Notes: generated by a model not told the origin, from the letters alone. 58,530 nucleotides of DNA from an uncultured Nitrospirota bacterium (GCA_964648095.1 CAZYNY010000003.1:1-58530), one strand, 5' to 3'. Positions 7,742 to 17,462 are shown, counted from the first letter of the stretch. Numbers and translations: made by a program.

Positions 7742-9838
7742 ATGTTTGAACAAAGAGGTGAGGGTGTAAGATTTGGACTTAAATTAAAATTTATCATCCT
7801 TATCAGTTTACTATCCATTACCATGGGGTTTATACTCGGCTGGTTCTCGTGGAATAGCACAAGTGATGCACTGGAAGATGCCTTAAAAAAAAGGGGCACA
7901 TCCCTTGCTAAAGGCCTTGCTTACAATAGTATATACGGGGTTTTAATCGGCGACACATCGGCCCTGGAGAGGCTTGCAAAAGGAGTTAAGGAGGAACCTG
8001 ATGTGGACTATCTTATTATAATTGACAAGGAAGGGAAGGTTTTGGCCCACAGCAATCAGTCGGAGGTAGGGAAAAGTTATAGCGACAAGCTCACAAAGAA
8101 GGCCCTTGAAGTAACTGAATCGGGTAATGAGATTACAAGGCTTGTAAAAGAGGGATTATATGATATAGCCGTACCCATAGGATCATCTGATGCAGGAACA
8201 ACAGGGAGGATAGGCGCTGTAAGAATAGGTCTTTCAACTGAAGGGATGAAGCAGAAGCTTGATTCGATAAGAAATGTCATATTCATCCTGACTGCCATAA
8301 CTATAGGCATAGGCATCATTGTTTCCTTCTTCTTTATTAAAGTGATTATTAACCCGATAGAAAAGATGGTAGGGGTTGCCGTTGGGATTGCTGACGGCGA
8401 TTTTATGCAGAATGTCAAGATTGCATCCCAGGATGAGATAGGAATGCTTGGCGGGGCCTTTACGAGGATGTCTGCCAATCTGAGGGGCATGATCATGAAG
8501 ATCAGGGAGGCATCTATAAGTGTGACTTCTGCCTCAGATCAGATCTCAAAATTAGGCGACAAGGTAGCAGTCGGCGCAGAAAATCAAGCCGGTTCAGCAG
8601 AGAAGTCCTCTGCATCCGTTGAGGAGATGAAGGGCGCCATCAGGGATGTGGCGGAGAATGCAGATGCCCTGTTCTCCTCGGCTGAGGCAACAACTTCATC
8701 TATACTTGAGATGGATGCTTCAATAAGAGAGGTAGCAAACAGTTCCGTTGGTCTTGCATCGTCAGTGGATGATACATCTTCCTCTATTATGGAGATGTCT
8801 GCGTCCATAAAGCAGGTCGCGGAGAACGTGGATGTCCTTTCTGCTGCATCAGAAGAGACCGCTTCTGCTGCCAATGAGATAAATGCCTCTGTAAGAGAGG
8901 TAGAGTCGAATGCCAGAGAGTCGGCCAGGCTTTCAGAGAAGGTTTCGTCCGATGCCCAGGAGCTGGGGGTCAAGTCTATCGAGAAGACCATTGCGGGTAT
9001 GAAGAAGATTAAGGATACAGTCGAGAAATCTGCCGCCGTAATAAACAGATTAGGAGAGAGGTCTGAGCATGCAGGCAAGATACTCACCGTTATAGATGAG
9101 GTAACGAAACAGACCAATCTTCTGGCCCTCAACGCCGCAATACTGGCTGCCCAGGCAGGTGAACATGGCAAAGGTTTTGCTGTTGTAGCAGATGAGATCA
9201 AGAACCTGGCAGAAAGGACAGCCTCTTCCACAAAGGAGATCGCAGAATTGATTGAGAATGTTCAGTTAGAGGCCAAGGATGCTGTAGGTTCAATAAAAGA
9301 TGGAGCCAGGTCAGTAGAGGAAGGGGTAAGGCTTTCCCTGGAGGCAGGGGAGGCGCTGAAAGAGATCCTAATGAGTTCCAGGAGATCTTCCGAAATGGGA
9401 AGGGAGATTGAGATGGCTACCGTCGAGCAGGCTAAGGGGATAAAGCAGGTTACAGATTCGATACAAAAGATATCGGGCATGGTTAAACAGATATCACTCG
9501 CAACTACTGAGCAGATAAAGGGTTCCCGTCAGATCATGCAGGCTACGGAGAGGATGAGGGATATTACCCGGGATGTGAAGAATTCAACAGAAGAGCAGGC
9601 AAAGGGGAGCAAGCAGATAACAAAGGCGGTGGAAAATGTTACGGAAAGGGCCCAGCAGATAGTGAAGGCCATCAATGCGCAAAAGAAGGGGAGCGAGGTT
9701 GTAGTAAGGTTTATTGATGAGATGAGAGGCATATCTAAAGAGAGCGTCATATTGGTCTCGGAGATGAACCTTGCCGTAGATACCCTGACAAAGCAGGCTA
9801 TCCTCTTAAAGGATGAGATGGGGAAGTTTAAGGTCTAA
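7742..9838 (+). CDS. Methyl-accepting chemotaxis protein with very long signalling domain
   Basis: TM1, a ~140-aa extracytoplasmic domain, TM2, then HAMP. Hairpin tip [41 protein letters not shown] 7742 behind GAGGAGGAG is preferred over the ORF-track TTG at 7724. Confidence 0.93.
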   Translation: MFEQRGEGVRFGLKLKFIILISLLSITMGFILGWFSWNSTSDALEDALKKRGTSLAKGLAYNSIYGVLIGDTSALERLAKGVKEEPDVDYLIIIDKEGKVLAHSNQSEVGKSYSDKLTKKALEVTESGNEITRLVKEGLYDIAVPIGSSDAGTTGRIGAVRIGLSTEGMKQKLDSIRNVIFILTAITIGIGIIVSFFFIKVIINPIEKMVGVAVGIADGDFMQNVKIASQDEIGMLGGAFTRMSANLRGMIMKIREASISVTSASDQISKLGDKVAVGAENQAGSAEKSSASVEEMKGAIRDVAENADALFSSAEATTSSILEMDASIREVANSSVGLASSVDDTSSSIMEMSASIKQVAENVDVLSAASEETASAANEINASVREVESNARESARLSEKVSSDAQELGVKSIEKTIAGMKKIKDTVEKSAAVINRLGERSEHAGKILTVIDEVTKQTNLLALNAAILAAQAGEHGKGFAVVADEIKNLAERTASSTKEIAELIENVQLEAKDAVGSIKDGARSVEEGVRLSLEAGEALKEILMSSRRSSEMGREIEMATVEQAKGIKQVTDSIQKISGMVKQISLATTEQIKGSRQIMQATERMRDITRDVKNSTEEQAKGSKQITKAVENVTERAQQIVKAINAQKKGSEVVVRFIDEMRGISKESVILVSEMNLAVDTLTKQAILLKDEMGKFKV

Positions 9839-9845
9839 AAAAAGG

Positions 9846-10334
9846 ATGATGCAGGGTACAGAGAAAAAAGAGAAGCAATATAAAAGGCAGTTAGTAAATT
9901 TCAGGATTAATAATAAGGATTATGCGCTTGATATTATTAAAATAATAGAGATCATATCCTTCAAAGATGTGACGCCAATCCCAAAATTGCCCTCTTTTAT
10001 TGAGGGGGTAGTTGAGCTGAGGGGGCTGGTTATTCCGGTAATAGATCTTAAAAAGAGGCTTGGACTTACATTGGCAGCAGGCGGAAGGCCCAATCATATC
10101 CTTATCGTAAAGATCCATGGTACGAAGATCGGCATTATTGTTGATGAGGTCAGGGAGGTTATCGGGGTAGAGGAGGGGTCTATCCAATCCCCGCCTGAAA
10201 TACTTAAAGATGAAGTATCTGAATATCTGATGGGGATATGCAAATTCAGGGAGAAATTGGTTCTTATTCTGGATATAGAAAACCTTTTTACCCATGACGA
10301 AAAAAATGTTCTGGGTGAAATAAAAAAAGGTTAA
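9846..10334 (+). CDS. cheW: CheW coupling protein
   Basis: QLVNFRINNKDYALDIIKIIEIISFKDVTPIP...VVELRGLVIPVIDLKKRLGL. The start is ambiguous: ATG 9813 overlaps the MCP 3' end, and ATG 9846/9849 lie just after the MCP stop. Confidence 0.88.
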   Translation: MMQGTEKKEKQYKRQLVNFRINNKDYALDIIKIIEIISFKDVTPIPKLPSFIEGVVELRGLVIPVIDLKKRLGLTLAAGGRPNHILIVKIHGTKIGIIVDEVREVIGVEEGSIQSPPEILKDEVSEYLMGICKFREKLVLILDIENLFTHDEKNVLGEIKKG

Positions 10335-10396
10335 GGTTAAGGTCGAGGCTAAGGTTGAGATTTCCTAAACCTTGACCTCAGCCTCAACCTTCTTAA
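10327..10396. repeat. Hexamer-lattice hairpin (family B, copy 1)
   Basis: AAGGTT AAGGTT AAGGTC GAGGCT AAGGTT GAG (10327-10359), a 5-nt loop, then CTAAACCTTGACCTCAGCCTCAACCTT (10365-10391). 21 of 27 positions are complementary. The cheW stop TAA (10332-10334) lies inside the lattice. Confidence 0.85.
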
Positions 10397-10410
10397 ATTA
10401 GGAGGGATAG

Positions 10411-11442
10411 ATGATTCTTGCCTGCCCGGGATGTAAAAATAACTTTAGTATCGACGAGATAGGTCCGAATGACACAATAGAAAAGGTTTGTGGGCATTGC
10501 CATGCCTCGTTAAGGATTAAAACCAGGATAGAGGTGGACCTGATAGCGAAGGAAGAAGTCCGGCCTGTGCCTCCTTCAGTCGAGACTGAAGATGCCCTCC
10601 TTCCGGATGAAAAAAAGGTGCTGGTTGCTGTAGAAGGTTCTGCTACAAGAGAGATCATTAAGGATGTGCTTGATGATTCCGGCGTTGAGATAATCGAATC
10701 CTCTACAGGAAGGGAGGCCCTTTTTATGTTGAAGAAGTTCATGCCTGCCGTAGCAATTATCGATGTCGGACTTCCACAGATCTTCGGTTTCGAGGTTTGC
10801 GAGATAATCAAGAAGAGTCCTGTGTTAAACAGCACATCTGTCATCCTTGTGGCATCTATATATGACAATGCGAGGTACAAAAGGGCGCCTGAATCCCTCT
10901 ATGGCGCCGATGATTATATTGAAAGACACCATATAAAGGATGATCTTTTTTTTAAAATAAAAAGACTTATTGGGATAAAGAAACGCGGCGAATCTGCAGT
11001 TACTGAGGAGAAGAGGGAGGCCGTAGAGGAGGCAGCAGTCCCATTAAAAATAACCGAGGTCAGCGTCGGCGAAAAGGCGCTGGAACCCGCCGGCAGGATC
11101 GAAAAGGCCCCGCTTGAGACCAGGTCAGTTGAGACTTCGATACCTCAGACAAATATACAATCTGTGATCAGGGAACAGCCGTTACTTCCTGGTGATCCGG
11201 ACGAACATGAGGGCGCAAAGCGCCTTGCCAGGATCATCCTCTCTGATATAGCCCTCTATAATCAAAAAGTTGTAGATGAGGGGATACGGAACGATACATT
11301 TCATCAGGTCTTAAAGGATGACCTGGATGAGGGGAAGAGGTTGTTCGAAAAGAGGGTATCAAAGGAGATAAGGGATGCCAGGGATTATTATGGGGAGGCG
11401 ATCGAAGAGTTTATAAGAAAGAGAAAGAAGCTTAGCAATTAA
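10411..11442 (+). CDS. Zinc-ribbon + receiver-like domain protein with conserved C-terminal helical module
   Basis: CPGC...CGHC N-terminal zinc ribbon (MJ0042-like). REC fold KKVLVAVEGSATREII...AVAIIDVGLP...ILVAS...GADDYIERH. AGGAGGG Shine-Dalgarno (SD) sequence 5 nt upstream of the ATG. Confidence 0.8.
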   Translation: MILACPGCKNNFSIDEIGPNDTIEKVCGHCHASLRIKTRIEVDLIAKEEVRPVPPSVETEDALLPDEKKVLVAVEGSATREIIKDVLDDSGVEIIESSTGREALFMLKKFMPAVAIIDVGLPQIFGFEVCEIIKKSPVLNSTSVILVASIYDNARYKRAPESLYGADDYIERHHIKDDLFFKIKRLIGIKKRGESAVTEEKREAVEEAAVPLKITEVSVGEKALEPAGRIEKAPLETRSVETSIPQTNIQSVIREQPLLPGDPDEHEGAKRLARIILSDIALYNQKVVDEGIRNDTFHQVLKDDLDEGKRLFEKRVSKEIRDARDYYGEAIEEFIRKRKKLSN

Positions 11443-11469
11443 TAACTTAGAAATATAAACGATACATCT

Positions 11470-13479
11470 ATGGCGATGAAATACAACAAAGAAGAGATTG
11501 TGGCCGGTCTCAAGAGCGATAGCATAGAGATCAAGCTTGGCGCCCTTGCGTTCATAAGAGGGACAAAAGAGAAGGGTCTTGCCCCACACATAATTGAACT
11601 TCTTAGTGACAAGGAGTGGAGGGTGAGAGAATCGGCGGTGCTGACCATCCTGGATATAGGGGCAGACGAGGCCCTGATTGATGGTCTTGTCTCTCTGCTT
11701 GGGTGCGAGGATAATGCCGGAAACAGGAACTCAGCAATGGAGGTCCTTGTCGGCATAGGTAAGGATGCCGTTCTTCCCCTTATGTCGCGGATCCGGGATG
11801 CCGGCAATGATGTCAGGAAATTCATAATAGATGTACTTGGTGATATAGGTGATAAAAGAAGCATAAAGATTGTAATAGCTGCCATTAAAAATGATAATGA
11901 GAATATAAAGATGTCCGCTATTGAGGCCCTGGGGAAGTTAAAGGACAAGAAAGGGACTGAGCCTCTCATTGAACTATTAAGATCTGATAATCAACTTATA
12001 GTATTCGCGGCAATAAAATCCCTTGAGCAGATAGGCGATTCCCGTGCCGTGGAGCCGATTATCAGTCTCCTGGGGAGGAGCTTTCTTGAAAGGGCTGCAC
12101 TTGAGGCATTGGGAAAACTAGGGGATATACGCGCCTTGAATCCTACTGTGTCCGCCCTTCATACCGGATCAAAGAAGCTGAAGGATTCGGCAATCAAGAC
12201 ACTCGTTGAACTCCACAACAGGGCTTCTCACACCGGCGGGACCAGGATCACACATCGTGTAAATGAGATCTATAATAAGGAGATATACTTGTATCTCCTC
12301 TCAGCCCTTGGAGATGCTGATGAGGGCGTAAGGCTCGCTGCTATAAAGGTCTTTGGTTGGATAGGTGAATATAAGGCGGCAAAGGAACTTGTCAGGTTTC
12401 TTGATACCGACCTGAAGGATGAGGCAATAAATACCCTCACGGTAATCGGCAGAAAAGCTGTCAGGCCTCTGCTTGAAGAGTTGCCCGGTTCAAATGCCAA
12501 TATAAGGGAAGGGATTGCAAGGGTATTCGGTGAGATCGGGGACAGAAACTCCGTCCCTGCCCTGATAAATATGATACAGGATGAGAATGGTCATGTCAGG
12601 CAGCAGGCATCAGTATCCATTGGAAAGATAAAAGATAGATCCTGCTCAAGGCCCCTATTGGCCCTTCTTGGCGACCAATACCCTAATGTCCGGGATGCGG
12701 CAGTGGATGCAATATCAAAGATAAACGACAGGTCTGTAATCCCGCTGTTAATAGAACTTCTCGGGTCAACAGAATCGACAGTCAGATGTAATGCAATAAA
12801 GTTGCTTGGAAGGCTTGGTGCATCGGAGGCCATGGATAAACTCTCCTTTGCCTTAAAGGATGAGGATCAGAACATAAGGAAGACAGCAATCGAAGCTATA
12901 GGGCACTTGCAGGGGCCTGGCGTACAGAATGCACTTCTTTTGGCTATAAAAGATGAAACACCGGCTGTCAGGCTCCAGGCCATAGGGATAATTATCAAGA
13001 GGAGAGATTTGGATCTGATTGACCAGATTATACCATTAATATCTGATGGAGATATCTGGGTCAGGGCGACAATAGCGAGAGGGTTAGGAGAAAGACTTGG
13101 CCGGGAGGCCGGGAGCCTGCTCCTTAACCTCATGCATGACAAGGTCGGCGTTGTTCAGATAGCAGCACTTGAGACAATTGCCGGGATTAAGGACAGGGAG
13201 GTCATTTCTGAGGTAAAAGTGATGCTTGAGAGCAGTGATCCCGATGTGGTAAAGGTAACAATTGCGACACTGGGTGAACTTGGCAACGCAGAGGTAGGTA
13301 CCACTATTATCCCATATCTCGATAACCCGGACTGGAGATTAAGGGTGGTTTCGGCCAAGACCCTTGGAAAGATAAGATATGGTCCTGCCATAGAAAGGCT
13401 AAAGACGATGGCGAAGGAGGATACAGATAACCTTGTTCGCCAATCAGCCCAATTTGCCGTGGAACAGATAACCCGCTGA
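11470..13479 (+). CDS. HEAT-repeat (PBS-lyase HEAT-like) protein, 669 aa
   Basis: About 20 tandem copies of the pattern D.D..VR..A..ALG.IGD..A...LI.LL. Confidence 0.85.
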   Translation: MAMKYNKEEIVAGLKSDSIEIKLGALAFIRGTKEKGLAPHIIELLSDKEWRVRESAVLTILDIGADEALIDGLVSLLGCEDNAGNRNSAMEVLVGIGKDAVLPLMSRIRDAGNDVRKFIIDVLGDIGDKRSIKIVIAAIKNDNENIKMSAIEALGKLKDKKGTEPLIELLRSDNQLIVFAAIKSLEQIGDSRAVEPIISLLGRSFLERAALEALGKLGDIRALNPTVSALHTGSKKLKDSAIKTLVELHNRASHTGGTRITHRVNEIYNKEIYLYLLSALGDADEGVRLAAIKVFGWIGEYKAAKELVRFLDTDLKDEAINTLTVIGRKAVRPLLEELPGSNANIREGIARVFGEIGDRNSVPALINMIQDENGHVRQQASVSIGKIKDRSCSRPLLALLGDQYPNVRDAAVDAISKINDRSVIPLLIELLGSTESTVRCNAIKLLGRLGASEAMDKLSFALKDEDQNIRKTAIEAIGHLQGPGVQNALLLAIKDETPAVRLQAIGIIIKRRDLDLIDQIIPLISDGDIWVRATIARGLGERLGREAGSLLLNLMHDKVGVVQIAALETIAGIKDREVISEVKVMLESSDPDVVKVTIATLGELGNAEVGTTIIPYLDNPDWRLRVVSAKTLGKIRYGPAIERLKTMAKEDTDNLVRQSAQFAVEQITR

Positions 13480-13483
13480 AAGG

Positions 13484-14395
13484 ATGTTGATGAATGAGGA
13501 GGCGCAAGACCTGGATCTCCCGGAAGACGTATTCCGCCTAATAAGGGACCTTTTTTGCCGGCATTCCGGTATCTACCTGGATGATGAGCAGCGGGACTTT
13601 GTAAGGAGCAGGCTCAAGAGTTCTGTATTAAGGCGCCAGTTTGATAATTTCCGGGACTACTATTTTTTCCTAAAGTATGACAGAAAGAAGGATGAGGAGC
13701 TTGTAAACCTGATTGATGTATTAACTGTCCATGAAACATACTTTTTTCGTGAGGAGGAAAAATTAAAGACCTTCTCAGAGGATCTGTTGCCGGAAATAGC
13801 AAAAAAAAATCATAATATTAAAACCCTGCGGATCTGGAGCGCCGGGTGTTCTACAGGGGAGGAACCCTATACAATATCAATGCTTTTAATGGATGATCCG
13901 AGGTTTAAGGATTGGAGCATAGAGATAGTTGCCACAGATATAAGCCAGAGGGTGCTGCAGTCAGCCCGCCGGGGTGTATATAAAAATACATCATTTAGAA
14001 CGTCTGTTCCTAAATATCTAAAGTGTTTTGATAAGTATTTCCATAAAGAGTCTGATGGATATCGGATTGATGACAGCGTAAAGAAGATCGTCTCATTCTT
14101 CAGTCTGAATCTGCTGGACAAAAACAGACTTTCATTTATAGGCCCTATGGACATAATCTTTTGCAGGAATGTAATAATCTATTTTGATATTAATGCAAAG
14201 AAGTATATAGCTGAGGCGTTCTACAAAAAACTCAGGGATTCCGGATTCCTTGTCCTGGGGCATTCAGAGTCGCTGGTTAGCATATCAACATCCTTTATGT
14301 TGCGGTTATTTGAGCATGATCTTGTTTATCAAAAGCCGGCGACTGACAAGGTTTCTATCATATTTCCGGAGGCTGTGAGCGGGGAGGCATCTTGA
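13484..14395 (+). CDS. cheR: Chemotaxis protein methyltransferase CheR
   Basis: SAM-binding motif LRIWSAGCSTGEEPYTISM plus IFCRNVIIYFD. Confidence 0.93.
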   Translation: MLMNEEAQDLDLPEDVFRLIRDLFCRHSGIYLDDEQRDFVRSRLKSSVLRRQFDNFRDYYFFLKYDRKKDEELVNLIDVLTVHETYFFREEEKLKTFSEDLLPEIAKKNHNIKTLRIWSAGCSTGEEPYTISMLLMDDPRFKDWSIEIVATDISQRVLQSARRGVYKNTSFRTSVPKYLKCFDKYFHKESDGYRIDDSVKKIVSFFSLNLLDKNRLSFIGPMDIIFCRNVIIYFDINAKKYIAEAFYKKLRDSGFLVLGHSESLVSISTSFMLRLFEHDLVYQKPATDKVSIIFPEAVSGEAS

Positions 14396-15453
14396 AGGAA
14401 AAGATCAGGGCTGTTGTTGTTGACGATTCTGCCTTTTACAGACAGGCGATAGTAGACATCTTAAGTCAGACTGCGGAGATTGAGGTAGTTAGGACTGCCC
14501 GTAATGGACTGGATGCTATAAGGGCAGTTTCAGACAGCTTACCGGATGTTATAACCCTCGACCTTGAGATGCCGGAGATGGATGGGTTTACATTCTTAAG
14601 GTGGCTGATGAATAACAGGCCAACCCCTGTCGTGATAATAAGCTCAAGGTCTGATGCCGGTATAGTCTTTAGGGCCCTTGAACTCGGTGCAGTAGACTTT
14701 TTTGAAAAACCGGCAAGAGGGCCGCTATCGGGCGATGTAAAGGTAGTTTACGATCTTATCTTGAAGGTGAAGACGGCGGCCTCGATCCCCAAAGGCAAAT
14801 TACTTGTTCACCAGGACAGATCCGCTGCCCATTACGAAAAGCCCATCACCTTCTATACTGAAAAGAGGATCGTGAAAATTGTGGCAGTGGGCGCATCTAC
14901 AGGCGGCCCATCTGCAATTCGGGAGATAATCAGGGGGTTACCAAGGGATCTGCCTGCGGCTATCGTCATCTCACAGCATATGCCGCCCGTATTTACCGGA
15001 TATTTTGCGGAAAGACTAAACAGGCTTGGCATTCTTCCGGTAAAAGAGGTTTCCAACGGGGAGAAGATAGAAGGAGGCGTTGTATATATATCACCAGGCG
15101 GGATGCACTTCTTGTTAAAGAGGGACGAGAAGGAGAACAAGGTTATTACGGCTTCCTTCGTTAGTGTGAGGGCAGAGGACAAATATTCTCCCTCGGTGGA
15201 CATACTTATGTCTTCCGCTGCTGAAGTATCCGGGCCCGGCACGATAGGAGTACTGCTTACCGGTATGGGGAATGACGGGAAGAGGGGAATCAGGAAGATA
15301 AAAGAGTCAGGAGGGAGGACCATTGCAGAATCAGAGTCTACAGCAATAGTCTTCGGCATGCCAAAAGAGGCAATATTGGACGGTTCTATTGACAAGATCC
15401 TCCCGATAAGCGAGATAGCCGGAGAGATTGTTGAGAGATGCAGTATGCCTTGA
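14392..15453 (+). CDS. cheB: Protein-glutamate methylesterase/response regulator CheB
   Basis: REC domain (VVVDDS...VITLDLEMPEMDG) plus esterase motifs GASTGGP, SQHMP, GMGNDG. TTG start overlaps the cheR stop (TTGA), behind GGGGAGG. Confidence 0.93.
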   Translation: MKEKIRAVVVDDSAFYRQAIVDILSQTAEIEVVRTARNGLDAIRAVSDSLPDVITLDLEMPEMDGFTFLRWLMNNRPTPVVIISSRSDAGIVFRALELGAVDFFEKPARGPLSGDVKVVYDLILKVKTAASIPKGKLLVHQDRSAAHYEKPITFYTEKRIVKIVAVGASTGGPSAIREIIRGLPRDLPAAIVISQHMPPVFTGYFAERLNRLGILPVKEVSNGEKIEGGVVYISPGGMHFLLKRDEKENKVITASFVSVRAEDKYSPSVDILMSSAAEVSGPGTIGVLLTGMGNDGKRGIRKIKESGGRTIAESESTAIVFGMPKEAILDGSIDKILPISEIAGEIVERCSMP

Positions 15454-15506
15454 AACCGATTTATAAATTATGTTATCATGCTTGCGTTTAATGCGGGGGC
15501 AAAAAA

Positions 15507-16340
15507 ATGGACAAAAATGAAAGTGATATAACACGTAAGGCCGAAGAATTCCTAAAGGTCTTCAGGAAAGGGGAGGAGTTTACACAGGAACTGTTAAAGG
15601 AGAATGAGAGGCTTAGATACAGGACAGTCCAGTTTGAAGATCAGGTTAAGGCCTTACAGAGGAGATCGGAGGGCCCGGAGATAGAGAACCTAAAGGATAC
15701 AATTGCCCATCTTGAGGAGGAGAAGACCGCCCTGATAAACAGATATAAGGCAGTAGAGGACGAAAATAAGGATTTTGCAGCCAGGTATCTTGAGGTTGAG
15801 GATGAGAACAATAACCTCGCAAACCTCTATGTTGCCAGTTATCAGCTCCACTCCACCCTTGATTTTACAGAGGTCTTAACGATAGTGGTGGAGATCATCA
15901 TAAACCTTATCGGGACTGACGAGTTTGGTATTCTGCTGATAGATGAAATGACTAACGAGCTTTCTTTTGTTGCATCAGAGGGGATAGATAGTATAAAGAA
16001 CAAAAAGATAAAGATAGGTGATGGGATAATCGGGAATGTCGTAAAGACAGGTGAAAACTATTTCGAGGAAGGTCTTGAGAGCTTTCATCCGGCATCAGAC
16101 CTGCACCCCATCGTTTGTATCCCCCTTAAGATAAAAGACTATATAATAGGGGTAATTGCTATATTCTCCCTGATGGAACAGAAGAACAAGAAACTAACAA
16201 AGGTAGACTATGAGCTCCTTTCAATGCTTGCAGGACATGCGGCAACGGCCATATTCAGTTCAAAGCTCTATTCTCAGTCAGAAAGAAAGTTGTCAACTAT
16301 TCAGGGGTTTATCGATCTGTTAAGCAATAAAAATAAATAA
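15507..16340 (+). CDS. Coiled-coil + GAF domain protein
   Basis: The N-terminal ~110 aa have heptad-rich E/K/L composition. The C-terminal region is GAF-like (LDFTEVLTIVVEIIINLIGTDEFGILLIDEMTNELSFVASEG...LKIKDYIIGVIAIF). Confidence 0.7.
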   Translation: MDKNESDITRKAEEFLKVFRKGEEFTQELLKENERLRYRTVQFEDQVKALQRRSEGPEIENLKDTIAHLEEEKTALINRYKAVEDENKDFAARYLEVEDENNNLANLYVASYQLHSTLDFTEVLTIVVEIIINLIGTDEFGILLIDEMTNELSFVASEGIDSIKNKKIKIGDGIIGNVVKTGENYFEEGLESFHPASDLHPIVCIPLKIKDYIIGVIAIFSLMEQKNKKLTKVDYELLSMLAGHAATAIFSSKLYSQSERKLSTIQGFIDLLSNKNK

Positions 16341-16356
16341 CGGAGATGGAGGGTTG

Positions 16357-16737
16357 ATGGCGGCCTACAATTTGCTTATTGTTGAAGACTCCCCGACAAT
16401 GCGACAGTTGATCTCCTTCAGTCTTAAAAGGCTCAAGAATGTGAAGATTGTCGAGGCAACCAATGGAGTGGATGCCTTAAAAAAGTTGTCGGAAGAAAAA
16501 TTCAGCCTGATAATTGCAGATATAAATATGCCGTTAATGGATGGTCTTAAACTGCTGAGTATAATCCGTAGTGACCCCATATATAATAATATCCCTGTAA
16601 TAATAGTAACAACAGAGGGCGCTGAGGCAGACAGGGAAAAGGGTATCAAACTTGGAGCCAATGCCTATCTCTCTAAGCCTATACAGACTACCGAACTGTT
16701 AAAGGTAGTCACCGGGCTTCTCAAGATAGAGAGCTAA
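16357..16737 (+). CDS. cheY: CheY-like single-domain response regulator
   Basis: LLIVEDSPTMRQ, phospho-acceptor in LIIADINMPLMDG, T in IIVTTEG, K in YLSKP. ATG 16357 behind TGGAGGG. Confidence 0.9.
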   Translation: MAAYNLLIVEDSPTMRQLISFSLKRLKNVKIVEATNGVDALKKLSEEKFSLIIADINMPLMDGLKLLSIIRSDPIYNNIPVIIVTTEGAEADREKGIKLGANAYLSKPIQTTELLKVVTGLLKIES

Positions 16738-16752
16738 TATCTGGAGCGTTGG

Positions 16753-17460
16753 ATGAGATTTGGGATCCTGGTCTTTCCTGGTTCTAATTGTGATCACGAC
16801 TGTCAATATGTCATAAAAGAGATATTCCGTCAGGAGGCAAGCCTTATCTGGCACAGGGATGCCTCGCTTGCAGGATTCGATGCGATAATAATTCCGGGCG
16901 GGTTCTCATACGGAGACTACCTGAGGACAGGGGCAATAGCCAGGTTTTCACCTGTAATGAGCGAGGTGAAAAGGTTTTCCTTAGATGGAGGGATCGTACT
17001 CGGAATATGTAATGGTTTTCAAATACTCCTTGAGGCCGGACTTCTTCCCGGCGCCATGTTAAGAAACAGGTCGCTTAAGTTTATCTGCAGAGATGTTTAT
17101 GTAAGGGTGGAGGATAATAAAACCCCTTTTACAAGACTTTTGAGAAAAGGGGATGTTCTGAAGATGCCGATTGCCCATGCGGAGGGCAACTATTATGCAG
17201 ACCCGGATACGCTTTTGAGACTGAAAGAGAGAGGGCAGATTATATTCAGATATGCGGACGAATCCGGAGGGATACTTGACTCTGCTAACCCGAACGGGGC
17301 GATGGATAATATTGCAGGCATCTGCAGCGAGGAAAGGAATATCCTTGGTATGATGCCTCATCCTGAGAGATGCGCGGATGCGGCATTGGGAAATGAGGAC
17401 GGGAAAAGGATCTTCAGGTCTATTATTGAGACTATCATGGAGAGCAGGGCAGTCATTTAA
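16753..17460 (+). CDS. purQ: Phosphoribosylformylglycinamidine synthase, glutaminase subunit PurQ
   Basis: GICNGFQIL catalytic Cys, MPHPER; 235 aa. Confidence 0.95.
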   Translation: MRFGILVFPGSNCDHDCQYVIKEIFRQEASLIWHRDASLAGFDAIIIPGGFSYGDYLRTGAIARFSPVMSEVKRFSLDGGIVLGICNGFQILLEAGLLPGAMLRNRSLKFICRDVYVRVEDNKTPFTRLLRKGDVLKMPIAHAEGNYYADPDTLLRLKERGQIIFRYADESGGILDSANPNGAMDNIAGICSEERNILGMMPHPERCADAALGNEDGKRIFRSIIETIMESRAVI

Positions 17461-17462
17461 AC

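Noticed and set aside
8584-9231. 215-aa minus-strand ORF antisense to the MCP gene. Similar antisense ORFs occur at 8077-8496, 9262-9480 and 9529-9750.
   Set aside because: Composition is Ser/Ala/Phe-rich and low complexity, mirroring the A/S/E-rich repeats of the MCP on the other strand. There is no SD and no recognisable motif. This is a classic shadow ORF.
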